DNA from: Epiperipatus broadwayi | Taxonomy: Eukaryota; Animalia; Onychophora | Length of the DNA: 64,000 bases | Reading direction: 5' to 3' | Assembly: GCA_028023455.1 (NCBI GenBank) | Contig: JAQFVV010000004.1 | Span: forward strand, 620,001 to 684,000 | Shown: positions 50,914 to 62,824 of the stretch, one piece after another | Numbering within the stretch: the first letter of the stretch is position 1 | Layout of the letters: every line of letters begins with the position of its first letter | Made by a program: the position numbers and the translations under genes | Notes under the pieces: generated by a model | Database searches by the model: none | What the model saw: only the letters and a program-made list of their open reading frames with translations | What the model was told of the DNA's origin: nothing

Positions 50914-53833
50914 GTAACTGAATAAATAATTATCAAGCAGGAGATAAAAATATAATCTCCTAGGTTTAATTTTAATTTGAAAAAAATGGAGCTTGGGTGA
51001 AATAGGGATAAAAATAAAATGGCACCTTAAAAACTATTGGATTAAGAAGATAAAAGTTATGGTTTCTAAAGTTTAGAAAGAACCGTCTCTATATATTAAT
51101 AACATGTATATTTAAAGAAGATATTTGTCAGCATATGATGGTTGTGATGGTATTTCTATATTTTTGCAGTCTAGTTCATTTTTGTCTTGACTACATAGGG
51201 AAAATATGGCCTCAATATGAGAAAAGCTCATCCTTGTTTATTTTTTATTAGAAAGTCTAACTTTAATTCTGGGAACCAGCATTTGAATTTTAATGATGAG
51301 ATAATTACTGAAATGTAGAACTGAGGAGCATCTTCTGAGTTTGGTGGATATAATTTAGAAATTCTAATTTTCTACTGTGTTGCAAATCACTGATAGTAAT
51401 TTTAATTTCAGAGTATCTTCTACTTTCATAATTACAGTTCTTTTAATTATATCAAAAATATAATTCAGTTAGTTATATACTTAATAAAAGAATGTCAAGT
51501 CATTCAAGATTAACACTACAAATCCAGTGATCATTTCAAATAAGATTTTATTTATTTAATTTTATAAAAAAAATAATAATAATAATTGATTTTTTTTTAC
51601 ATAAAGTATTTTAAGTTTATATCCATAATTACTTAATTAAATATTTCTTAATCCCTGAGCAGTTTTAAGCTGCACGCAGATGTCTTTCTTCATTTTTTCA
51701 AGACTATATGGTGGAATGAAAGTTTTAAATATATATATATTATAACGGTCACAGTGTGGGTGATCGAGTCTTACTGTATCTGCACTACAGAGCGCCACTA
51801 GGACATTTGAACCTAGAAAATTTATAGAGTAGGCAGATACACGCTGTTAAAAAATCCAACTTTTATTTTATTGACCGTTTGCCCTTGCCACTAGCTCATG
51901 GAGTAGCAGAGGTTTTAAATTATATTTATTAAAAAAAATAAACTAGATCACTGCCAGTACTAATAACACAACTGATTTTATTAACTCATATTTAAAATTG
52001 AGGAATAAAATTTATATTTAGATTTTAACATTAATTTTTAAATTTAAATTACTATTTTAAATAGACCGCACAGATGGACATTTTAATAATATTTTACTTA
52101 ATCATGTTGAGTATAGATAGGCTACATAGATTTCTTACTTAAAAAAAAAACTTATCAAGACACTCATTCAATCTGACTAAAAGTTTGTAGCCAAACCAAC
52201 GCCTGCTTCCAGATGTATAGTCGCAACCAATGCAATATGAAGATGCTAGCATAAAATCGCACTGACAGGAATGTGCATCTGACAGCGTGATATTATTTGA
52301 AGGACATGATCCTCATCCAGTACAAGAATGGGCATCTGTCTGGCGAAGGAATCATGTATATAAATTAATTAAAGAGTGCTATGTATGGGGGAGAGCGGTC
52401 TTTTCTGCCGACTTATAAATCCCTGTCCATAGAGCTAGAAAGGGTCAATGGCACAGGAAATATGTCTGCGACCATTGCAATGATATGACTGCCTCTTTGG
52501 GGTCATGCATTCAGTTGGGCACGTTGCCCTGTATGCTAAACACGCTTCACATTACATTGATATAAACACCTATATATCCCTCCACAAGCATCGTCCTAAC
52601 TACGAAATAAATAGCCTGAAATTAACCCCATAAAATAAACATAAACGAATTTAAACTTAGTTATTAATTTTTATCCATGCAGCTATCTACACCCAACTTT
52701 AATTTAATACATTTTAATTAACACTTAACACAAAAAAAAAAAAGAAATGGAAATGATTGCTTAAACAGATGCATAAAAAAAAAATTACTAATAATTGATT
52801 TGAATTCTTTAGGCCAGATAATAGTTTTTATTTTCAGCTATTAATTGCAAATTTAGGAAAAGTTCCTATTAGATAAATACAAGAGTTCATACTTTACGGA
52901 TTGAGCAGATTTAGAGGTCCATCTTCGTGATCACTTTCATAGATTGTTTGTCCTTCTTTGAAACGAAACCACCACTTGCCATGCATTTGGTCAGGAACTG
53001 TTATCCAGAGGCCTCAGCTGGTTATCCGGAAATTAAATTTATTGCAGACTTCTACATTGCAAAATCTGCAATACAGCTACGGTTCATATATATAGCTTAA
53101 TAGTCAGCATCTAAGACAACAATTATAATAATCTCTCAATTTAAAAATTTGGGGTTTTATACTTTTATTAACCTCTTATCATCAAATCTTCGGATTCAAT
53201 GAGCAAGATGTCACTAATCCTCTCGTGTTTCATTTATGGTCCGTGCTGTCATTTCGTGCTTGCATTGGTCATTTAATTTCTTTTCATTCTCTTACCATTT
53301 AATTATTCGAGTGCCTCAAGGGCTAGTGTGCTTTAGAACAATCATTTAATTAATAAAACAATCATTTCCATTTTCTAAGACTATAGAAATCAACACTATT
53401 TCTATTTTCAAAAATATCAAATCTTTACATCGTTACTTTTTTTACAAAAAAAAAATACTTTCAAATACTTTTACTTTTAAAATAGTTTTTAAAGTTTCCC
53501 ATCTGTGTGATATATATACGTTAAACAACTTTAAATTTTCAATTTTTAAGTTAAGTTTTTTTCTTTTTAATAAATCAATTTTTATTTACGATCTTTTTAT
53601 TTTCATTTTAAAATAATGTAACGGCATTGGCATTTTATATACCGTTACAATATATATTTAAACCAAGAGAGATGTAGTTAAATAAATGCATCAATTGTTT
53701 TATAATAGATACTTGTCAAATAAATGTTGATAAATTATTTAATTTTGGACTATGGTGATAGCTTTATTTGTTCATACAATTTACAACTTTCTTAAACACT
53801 TTATCAATGCTATTTTTTATATCAATACTTTCT

Positions 53834-53875
53834 TCTAACAGTTTCGACTGTCCTGCAGTCATCATCAGAGCTACA
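53834..53875 (-). ncRNA. pLTR minimal hammerhead (core intact)
   Basis: UAGCU-CUGAUGA-U-GACUG CAGGA CAGUC-GAAAC-UGUU^AG. Confidence 0.75.
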
Positions 53876-54503
53876 ATATTCAAATATATAATTATATAAT
53901 TAATACACTTATATACATATTCATATACATAATTAAATACACAAAATAAAATATGCATTTTAACCTGACCATTGTAAATAATCATTTTCCATTTTATTAC
54001 TTTACGCTTAAATAATTTTATCCACATTTATTTTATATTACTTTATTTTATTTTCAAAAAAATTATTTATTATAATTTTAATTTTAAAAAACATTAACTT
54101 TTATTCTATTATTTAATACATATTATAGTCTTTTTACTTATATTTTTAATAAACTTCTAACCTTTTCTTATTTTTATTAAATATTTTATAATTATCAATT
54201 AACTTTTTCCACATTACAAATTACTTTTTTACATTACAAAAATTACCTACCTCTTTACAATCCTATTTCTAAAAACCCAACTGACAAAATTTTCAAAATT
54301 TGTATACTTGTTTAACACCTCCCTCTATCATCATTTTCTTCATCTTTATTCTTTTAACCTTTTTCAAATTCAAACTATTATTAATAATAATTGTTTATAA
54401 AATTATTGTCTTTACCCAAAAATCCCTATTAAGATTTTGTTTTATATTCTTAATCAATATTGCCTCTTTAATTTTCCTATCCCTTCTATTTTTGTATAAT
54501 TAA

Positions 54504-54818
54504 TCATTTTATACTATCTTTCTCAAACCTATGACCTGTTTCTAATGAATGCAAATAAATAGGTGATCTCTTATCATATTTATGTTGAATTAATCTTGTA
54601 TAAATTGAATTCTTTGTTTCTCCTACATAATTAGTTTTTATATTTTTACTTTTACATGACTTGTATTCAATTTTATATACTCCATTTATGCATTTTTCTA
54701 CTTTTCTCACATATTTATTATCTAATATATTAAGTATATTCTTTCTTCTTTTATTTACTATCTTAAATTTTATTACATTATTAAACTTTTTATTAATTGT
54801 AATAATTATTTTATTCAT
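54504..54818 (-). pseudogene. PLE GIY-YIG endonuclease fragment (truncated by a frameshift)
   Basis: Provided ORF translation shows the GIY-YIG motifs. Confidence 0.85.
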
Positions 54819-54861
54819 ACTTTTTACAATACTATTATAAGTTTTAATACCTATATATTAT

Positions 54862-55173
54862 CTATTTTATTTTTCTACATACTATCCCATTATTTTTCTT
54901 AAATTTTTCTTCCAATCTTCTTATACTTTCTTTTCTAAGTTTTTCTGGATATTTATTATCTTTAAACTCTTTAATTATCAATTCTATCTGTTTACTATAA
55001 TCTTCATTTGAGCAATAATTCCAAGCTCTATATATTATTGAATTTATACTACTTTTTTTATATTTAACATCTATATTTGATTTCCAATTACTTATATTGC
55101 TATCTACATTAGCCTTTTTATATACAAATGTTTCTATCCTGCATTCGCCATTTTTATATAACTTCTTTAACAA
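54862..55173 (-). pseudogene. PLE reverse transcriptase thumb/linker fragment
   Basis: TFVYKK...SNISNWKSN...RAWNYCS...NKYP pattern typical of PLE ORFs. Confidence 0.8.
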
Positions 55174-55342
55174 AATATCTAAATATGATAACTTATTATC
55201 ATATTTTATTATTATAATAATAGCATTGTAAAAGTATGGATAAAATAATTATTAGAATTAATAAAAAGTTTAATAATATAATAAAATTTAAGATAGTAAA
55301 TAAAAAAGGAAGAATATACATAATATATTAGATAGTAAATAT

Positions 55343-55660
55343 GTGAGAAAAGTAGAAAAATGCATAAATGGAGTATATAAAATTGAATACAAGTCATGTA
55401 AAAGTAAAAATATAAAAACTAATTATGTAGGAGAAACAAAGAATTCAATTTATACAAGATTAATTCAACATAAATATGATAAGAGATCACCTATTTATTT
55501 GCATTCATTAGAAACAGGTCATAGGTTTGAGAAAGAAAGTATAAAAATGATTAATTATACAAATAATAGAAGGGATAGGAAAATTAAAGAGGCAATATTG
55601 ATTAAGAATATAAAACTAAATCTTAATAGGGATTTTTGGGTAAGGACAATAGTATTATAA
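55343..55660 (+). pseudogene. Inverted copy of the PLE GIY-YIG domain, C-terminus intact
   Basis: ...HSLETGHRF...RRDRKIKEAILIK...LNRD. Confidence 0.85.
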
Positions 55661-56170
55661 ACAATTATTATTAATAATAGTTTGAATTTGAAAAACGTTA
55701 AAAGAATAAAGATAAAGAAAATGATGGTAGAGGGAGATGTTAAACAAGTATAAAAATTTTGAAAATTTTGTCAGTTGGGTTTTTAGAGATAGGATTGTAA
55801 CAATGTAGGTAAGTTTTGTAATGTAAAAACTAATTTGTAATGTGGTAAAAGTTAATTGATAATTAAAAAATATTTAATAAAAATAAGAAAAGGTTAGAAG
55901 TTGATTAAAAATATAAGTAAAAAGACAATAATATATATTAAATAATGGAATAAAAGTTTTTTTAAAATTATAATAAATAATTTTTTTTTTAAAAAAGTAA
56001 AATAAAGTAATATAAAAGAATTATTTAAGAGTGAGGTAATAAAATGGGAAATGTTTATTTATAATGGTCAGGTTAAAATGTATATTTTATTTTGTTTTGT
56101 TTTATTTTGTGTATTTAATTATATATATGAAAATAAGTGTATTAATTATATAATTATGTATTTGAATATC

Positions 56171-56212
56171 GTAGCTCGGTTGATGACTGCAGTACAGTCG
56201 AAACTGTTAGAA
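56171..56212 (+). ncRNA. pLTR hammerhead, core mutated (CGGUUGA)
   Basis: gtagctcggttgatgactgcagtacagtcgaaactgttag mirrors 53834-53875. Confidence 0.6.
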
Positions 56213-56341
56213 TAAAGTTTTGATATAAAAAATAGTATTGATAAAGTGTTTAAGAAAGTTGTAAATGGTATGATATGTAAAAGTAGAAATCAATATATAG
56301 GAAAAGGAAGAAGAGCTTTATTTGTTCTGAAATATTTCAAG

Positions 56342-56462
56342 TTTATAAGTCTGCCTATAGTAGTATATCTTGTAAGTTAAAGGATAGTACAAAATTTCCT
56401 TTGTTTCCAATGTATATTCCAGTAAATGATCAAGTTAACCCTGAGAATAAATTATTTCATAG
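56342..56462 (+). CDS. Candidate exon (YKSAYSSISCKLKDSTKFPLFPMYIPVNDQVNPENKLFH)
   Basis: atatttcaag| acceptor; 121 nt open; donor uncertain. Confidence 0.4.
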
Positions 56463-56520
56463 GTCTTTGTTTATGCTCTGTAGTATCCAGGTTTACTTCA
56501 CACATAGTTAGTTTGAGGTA

Positions 56521-56816
56521 TTCTATTACATTTTATTTCTTTTATATGAATATGGTTTTCTATTACATTTGATTTCATTTCTCATCATATGTAAACAGTG
56601 TATATTACATTTCTTGTCCAATGATTGGGACGATTTCATCTTTCTTCATTTGGATACTGCATTCTATTTCATTTGTCACTACCAATTAAGGCAATCAGAT
56701 GTTCTATTACATTAGGCCTTGCAACATGTGGCTTGACTATTTGATTGGTGGTTGTGAGGTATTCACGTGAGTTCGATTAATTAATTGGTTAGTGGTTATA
56801 TACATTCTATTACATT
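56521..56816. repeat. Spaced array of a 12-bp motif TTCTATTACATT (about 6 copies)
   Basis: Copies at about 56521, 56558, 56601, 56662, 56702 and 56805, separated by unrelated sequence. Confidence 0.65.
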
Positions 56817-57098
56817 TGCCACCCAATGTTTAAGGCCAGGGCATCTTTTCATATGTAGATATGCATACTTTTACAATATGAAAGATATTTTTTGAGAGGC
56901 ACTATGAAAAGATAAAGTGAATAAAAACTGAGGCGAAATATAGTGGAAGATATTTAAAGAAAAAAGATACAGATTCTCTTACTGTGATAAATTGTTAGAG
57001 TAGGAAAGATTACATTTAATTCATCTTATCTTGCTTGGATCTCTGTTTTGCCAAAGCAGGTACTTAAATACTTGTAAACATTAAAAACATAAATAAAT

Positions 57099-57658
57099 AA
57101 TCAAAATTACCCAAATTCACAACTCAACCAGACTAGCCAAGAAAATAAACTCTAGAACACTACCAATGGTTTCCCTGCTAGTAGCAGACTTTTCATATGT
57201 AAAGAACAATAAAATAACAACATACTTAAACTAAACATTACCCACAATTCCACTTACTTCCCATACATCCTTAATATTAAAATAACTTTTAAATAAGTTA
57301 ATCGCTTCAGAATCATAAAATTTTAATAATAAAGATTCTTTAATTAATTCTTTTTATTTCATTTCTTTCAAAGAAGACAACCTTAGCTTCATCAAAATTA
57401 ATAGGCCACACTATTAAAGAATCTTTATTATTAAAAATTTATGATTCTGAAGCGATTAACTTATTTAAAAATTATTTTAATATTAAGGGTGTGGGGGAGG
57501 TAAGTGGAATTGTGGGTATTGTTTAGTATAAATATGTTGTTACTTTATAGTTCTTTATATTTAAGAAATCTGCTTGTAGCAGTGAAACCATTGATAGTAT
57601 TTTAAAGTTTATTTTCTTGGCTAGTCTCATTGAGTTGTGAATTTGGGGTAATTTTGAT
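57099..57658. mobile_element. Foldback element (about 245-bp arms) with decayed hammerheads at about 57158-57205 (minus) and 57552-57600 (plus)
   Basis: Mirrored arms; CUGC-loop-GCAG-N-GAAAC-CAUUG(G/A)U-A in both; 5' cores eroded. Confidence 0.75.
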
Positions 57659-60600
57659 AAAGTACTTTTATATAAAACAATTCTAAGAAGAACACACAAA
57701 TAAGAAAATATTAAAGTTATTATTTTTATTATTAGCAATAATGAAACAAACTGCTATACTTATTTTACTGGAGAGATAAAAACTGATGAAGGAAGCTCTT
57801 ATTATATAAAATCAGTGTAATTTTAAAATCAAGGCAAATACGAGCATTTAAATATCAAAAAAAAATTATTGTAAAAAATAGAAAATAATGTATTAATATA
57901 TAAAAATAAACAGAAAAATGTAAATAAGAAATTGTGATAGAAATTATTAACTTTATATTAATTATTATGTATGAAAATGCTCTGTATGAATGAGAGTGAG
58001 TGGCAAACTCAAAAGCTAGAATCTTCTGGAATTATCACCAGCATAAGAATGTAAAAAAATATCAAATTTAGTCAAGTGCTTGAATATCACTTGAACTCCT
58101 GAGAAAATTTAACCTTATGATTACTTGTAAAGTATTAAAATTATATAAAATAATAATTTTAATGAAATGATATTTAGCATAGTTATTTTATAAAGGAATT
58201 TGAGAAGACCAACTAGGAAATAAATATAATCCAAATTTTATAGTCATTCAATTCCGTCATTGCAAATACAAATCAAACATTTATTAGTAACATTTTTTTG
58301 TGGTTTGTCCTAAGTCAGGAACTGTTAATTTTTATTCTTGAAGCTAATAAACACATTGACCATGAATTGAATGATTTTTAGACTCCTGAAGATCATATCC
58401 AGTTGTATTTATTTTTATATCTGGAAAAAATCAATTTCAACGATAATCTTTATATTATTCACTCTACAAATAGCTTGCTTCTGCATGTACTAGTTAAGAA
58501 GAAACTTAAAGAAGTGATAGATAAATATCTGTTTTTAGGTGATTTATGGATAGTTTCACATCCATTTTGTGATGATTGAGATAAAAAAAAATTTAAATCA
58601 TTTGGAGAAAGTTCTTATTTTAATTTGTGATTAAGAATGTAATGAAATCTCATACTAGTAACTAATCACTGTTAATTCGTATAAAGGTTGTTTAGATTTA
58701 AACCTATTTTTGCTTCATGATTACATCTGTAATTTTGAGTATTTTTAAAGTTGACTTAATCAAATATGGCCAATTGCAAAGCTTAAAAAAAAAAAAAGAA
58801 TTAAAAAAGTAAATCTTATTTTTAAAAAAATTCACATAGAGGGAAGACAAAAGATAAAAAAAATTAAAAACTTTGTATGGTAGATTAATATCTTTAATTA
58901 TATTGTATTTAAAATTGTTGTTTCATATATATATATGCTCAGATCTATGTTTTAAAAGATGTGGGGTTTTTTGTTTTTTCCCTCAGTAGGAGATGCAAAA
59001 ATTAGAATTGAAAGCAAAATTGTCACTTTCTAACAAAAAAATAAGTTCAATCTACCTATGTTTTAAGTATTTTTTTTTAAATAATGTGATCTCAGTTAAT
59101 TTATAATTACTGAAAAAAGGCAAATGATGTGATCAAATTGCTTTACAAATTTATTTTCCAAAAGTTATTATAGTGCTGTAATTGTTCATTAATCTTCACT
59201 TGTAGCAATTAACTTGTGTAAATGACTTCTATGAAAAATTAATCATGTAAATGTTACCTTTTAAGCCTTTGTTGGCAGTTTTCATTTTTATTTTTAAAAA
59301 ATTGTGTTCATAATGTCCATAATTTCATTTGTATAATTTAGTTTTTCAGTGGAAATGATTAATAGTAGGAATAGTAGTTATTAAGTAATATCTATAACTA
59401 GTCATTTCTTATGAAGTTTGTGTATCTATTTATACAAATTCATAGCACACACTTCACATACATTTTATTCTGTTCACTTCATTACCATTCCTACATATTA
59501 TAATACGAGATTAATGTCCCAGTTGATGGTAATAAATTTGAAGATAATAAAATAGTAGATCAACCATTCTCTGCTAATAACTAATTTTAAAAAAAGAGTA
59601 ACTGTTTGCCGATCAGATTCTTTATACTCAAGGTGAAAAACAACAACAACAAAAAAATTGCAAATAACAAAAAAAAAATGTTTTTAATCATTAAAAATTT
59701 TAAAATTTCCTGTTATAATTAAACACAAAAGACATTTTAAAATACAACAAACATCCAGATTTTTATAAATGTGTTTAAATACTATACCAACAAAATTATT
59801 CCCAATCATAATTTGTTGTAACTAATTTTATATTTTAGTTAATTGTCACATAATGTGACAGTTCTTGAACAGAGATATAATGAAGATTTTGAAATAATAC
59901 AAAATTTTTTTTAGGTGTATTGTGATGTTTTTCTTTATACAGTGGAACCCATGAACTAGGTTATATTTTGTTTCAAGCCCATGTCGCCTATAAGCATATA
60001 TATATATAATGTAGTATCTCATGGTTTCTTGATAAACATTGATTAAAATTAAATATGTATTGATTAAAATAGAGTATGTATTGTTTATTGAACTGCAAGT
60101 GTAAAATACTTTTCACTATGCATATATATAATAGGGATGTTTTTTTATTATTATTTATAGTATGCAAATGTAAATTAAGATTATAATATAAACAAACTTT
60201 TAAAACAATGTAATAATTATTAATAATAAATTGAAGGAGAGGCATTTACACATTTTGAATATGTTCACTCATGCATTCACTGAAAGAATAAATGGGGGGG
60301 GGGGATCTAACTATCAAATTTCTATTTTTTAAATAAAATAGTGAAATGTCTGACTTTCATCAATACATATCTGGGTGATATTTATTTTCATCAATATCTT
60401 TTTTTTTTCTTATAGAAACAGAACAGTGGTCTTGTTATCAAGAAATTAGTTATCTATCTAATTGTTTTGATGTTTTTAAATTAATATCAATATTTATCAT
60501 GTTTTAAAATTTTGTAAAACTTTTGACATTAAGCTTTGAAAACATTTTATTACCCAATATATTGTATATCAAATTTGGAGCAAAGAATAAAATGTATGTA

Positions 60601-61000
60601 CTTTCAACGTAAATGAAAGAAATATTATTAATAAATGTGATTGCATACTGCACTCTGAGATATATTGTAAAGTATATTTACAAATTTTAATTATTTTTTT
60701 AAAATATGATTGGATATGGTACTAAAGAGATGGAAAAATATGCTCTCACATTGTAAAATGTGTTACATTTACACATTTTTATGCTTTTTTGTTTATTTAT
60801 TTATTTACATTTTTTATTCCTGGATGGTGTATAATTGCAGTTAAATACATTGATAGAACATAATGTATAAGTCAAAATATTTGAAAACTACTCTCATTTT
60901 GCAACTTAATTGATCAAACATTTCTATTCTTGAACTCATTTGATTCTTTAAATAAAAATTTGTAAATTGATTAATAAAGTATTTTAATAATCACTTACAA

Positions 61001-61096
61001 GTCAAGCATTGGTGGCCTAGTGGTTAGCATAGCTGCCTTCCAAGCAGCTGGCCCGGGTTTACTTCCCGGTCAATGCATTTGACACATGAAAAAAAT
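61001..61096 (+). mobile_element. tRNA-Gly(TCC)-derived SINE, least diverged copy (cloverleaf at 61006-61077)
   Basis: gcattggtggcctagtggttagcatagctgc-cttccaa-gcagctggcccgggtttacttcccggtcaatgca; T-loop/B box mutated; same gtcaa leader, tgacacatg(A)n tail and ataatcac TSD as the other copies. Confidence 0.85.
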
Positions 61097-62256
61097 AAAT
61101 AATAATCACAAAAGTATTTCTAATGATTAAAGAAAAGTATGATCATCAGAAATTTTATGTCTTAAACCTTACTGATATTAAAAAGTAAATTAAGAAATCT
61201 TGATTCAGTTTCCCTACTCATTAAATTATTTTAAAATATTCCCAAATAAATAGTGTATAAATAAATAAATTCATGGATAATTTTTTTATGAAAGTAGTAT
61301 CAAAATAATTATTAAAGCCAATCAATAATTTAAAAATGTTAACTATAATTTAAAAAACAAACTATTCTACTCTACCAATAAATAATATACCAAAGCATTT
61401 TCCCAACTCTGATAAGAAATAATAATCAGAAACCTTGTCATAATAATAATAATAATTTAATTAACAATGTAAAAGGGAAACACAAGAATTAAAAATATTG
61501 CTGACAGGTATTTTCTAATTAAGCTTACAGTTAATTATATCTAATAGCTAAAAATATATAAAGTAAAAATCTCTATAAATTGAGAATAGATTTTGATTAG
61601 TTTATAGTCAATGTGAAATCATGATAAAATATAGTCACATATTTTTCATAGAATATTCAGTAACTCTTATTAGTTTTAATTATAAAATTATATCAGAAAA
61701 GCTATATCTGAAATTAATAATCTCAATAATAATTGGACATTAATATCAAATAATATCATAATAATCCACAATCATTTACTTCACAATATATTTACATGTA
61801 TATCATTGAAGACTGTACCTTATTTTCATTCAGCTCTCATTTATTGCTTTTGGAAACTAATAGTAGGTAGCCATGTCATATTTACAATGTCAGTTGGCAT
61901 GTCAAATTGAAGTTATATAAACAGCTACTATATACTGTATGTAGAAAATTTTTAGACACATCAAATAATCTCTCTTCATAATTTTAAAGGAAGAATTTTG
62001 TATAAAATTTATAGATGATTTAATGATAAAAATCAAACTCAAAATGGCATCATGAGGAAAAATAATAAAACATTTATTAAAATATCTAGTAGTATTATAT
62101 GTGCTTCAAGATTTTTCAGATTAATAATCTCTTTAAAACATACTGTAGCAATACCTACAAGAGTTTTAATAATATCATGAGTTATTACTAATTCGATATC
62201 AGTTTTTAATTTAAAGCTGTGTTGTAGCTATGGCAAAGATGATAATGTAATTTCAG

Positions 62257-62324
62257 ACACCTTTTGAAGCAGGAACATATTGCAAAATCTATGAATTCTA
62301 TGTAGAAAATTATATTAGTTATAT
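62257..62324 (+). CDS. Candidate exon (TPFEAGTYCKIYEFYVENYISY)
   Basis: gtaatttcag| and |gtaaga; 68 nt open. Confidence 0.5.
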
Positions 62325-62399
62325 GTAAGAGTTCAATGTCTACAAACCTCCAAATTAATTTTGGCCTTCACTATTTATTTCAAAATTAAAATCATGCTA

Positions 62400-62820
62400 C
62401 ATACATTTCTGAAATTGCCTTGCATAAGATATGTTTGACTTCAATTTTTGTTGCTTGTCAAGTGTTATTCTTATTCTCCAGCATAATTCTGCTGCTTCTT
62501 CTAAAGGCAATTTTTGATTGACTTCTCAGTGGCTGCCATTATATTTAATAAAGGGATATTAGACAGTATTATGGCAAAGTTTAATCCTCTTTCAAGAAGA
62601 GAAATTTCAATATCTGCTAGATGTTTAGAACTGAGATTTTTAACAGATGAATCTGGTAAACTACTCGGTACATTATGATTTTTGATATGCTCATGTAGGT
62701 TAGCGTGTTTCTTCTTTGGCATTCTTTTATTTTTCCATGTAATGTTGAACATGATTGTTTTACTGCTTGAGAAACTTTTGTGAAGTCTTCATCAGTAAGT
62801 TTTGTCAAAGTAATGAAAAC
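62400..62820 (-). mobile_element. PLE ORF N-terminal fragment
   Basis: VKNLSSKHLADIEISLLERGLNFA matches the conserved PLE V.NLS...L...E..LL.KGLNF motif. Confidence 0.75.
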
Positions 62821-62824
62821 AGAA

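Larger units (their letters stand above)
53772..56272. mobile_element. Penelope-like element with a large inverted duplication: arms about 53772-54840 (minus) and 55220-56272 (plus), unique RT-thumb spacer
   Basis: ORFs 54504-54818 (minus) and 55343-55660 (plus) are the same GIY-YIG (GVYKI...YVGETKNSIYTRLIQH); ORF 54862-55173 is a PLE RT thumb (VYKK...IYRAWNYCS...DNKYP); the pLTR tails mirror each other. Confidence 0.93.

Noticed and set aside
56521-56816. CRISPR array
   Set aside because: Repeat only 12 bp, spacing irregular, eukaryotic context, no cas genes
15655-57800. Isolated CTGATGA matches (about 15656, 29645, 33231, 34492, 42405, 57783)
   Set aside because: None is followed by a stem II-GAAA-NUH topology; such matches are expected by chance in AT-rich DNA
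2721-60245. Most ORFs in the supplied track as genes (e.g. 2721-2903, 11097-11375, 13388-13600, 25340-25537, 40794-41090, 53764-54027, 59988-60245)
   Set aside because: Low-complexity F/I/L/Y/N/K-rich translations of AT-rich or repeat DNA, or antisense shadows of LINE/PLE ORFs
61006-61077. Functional tRNA-Gly(TCC) gene
   Set aside because: The T-loop/B box is mutated (TTTACTT), and it carries the SINE leader, poly-A tail and TSD; treated as a SINE copy
62770-62805. Hammerhead (minus-strand CUGAUGAAGAC)
   Set aside because: No GAAA or stems I/III; it is PLE coding sequence (LTDEDF)
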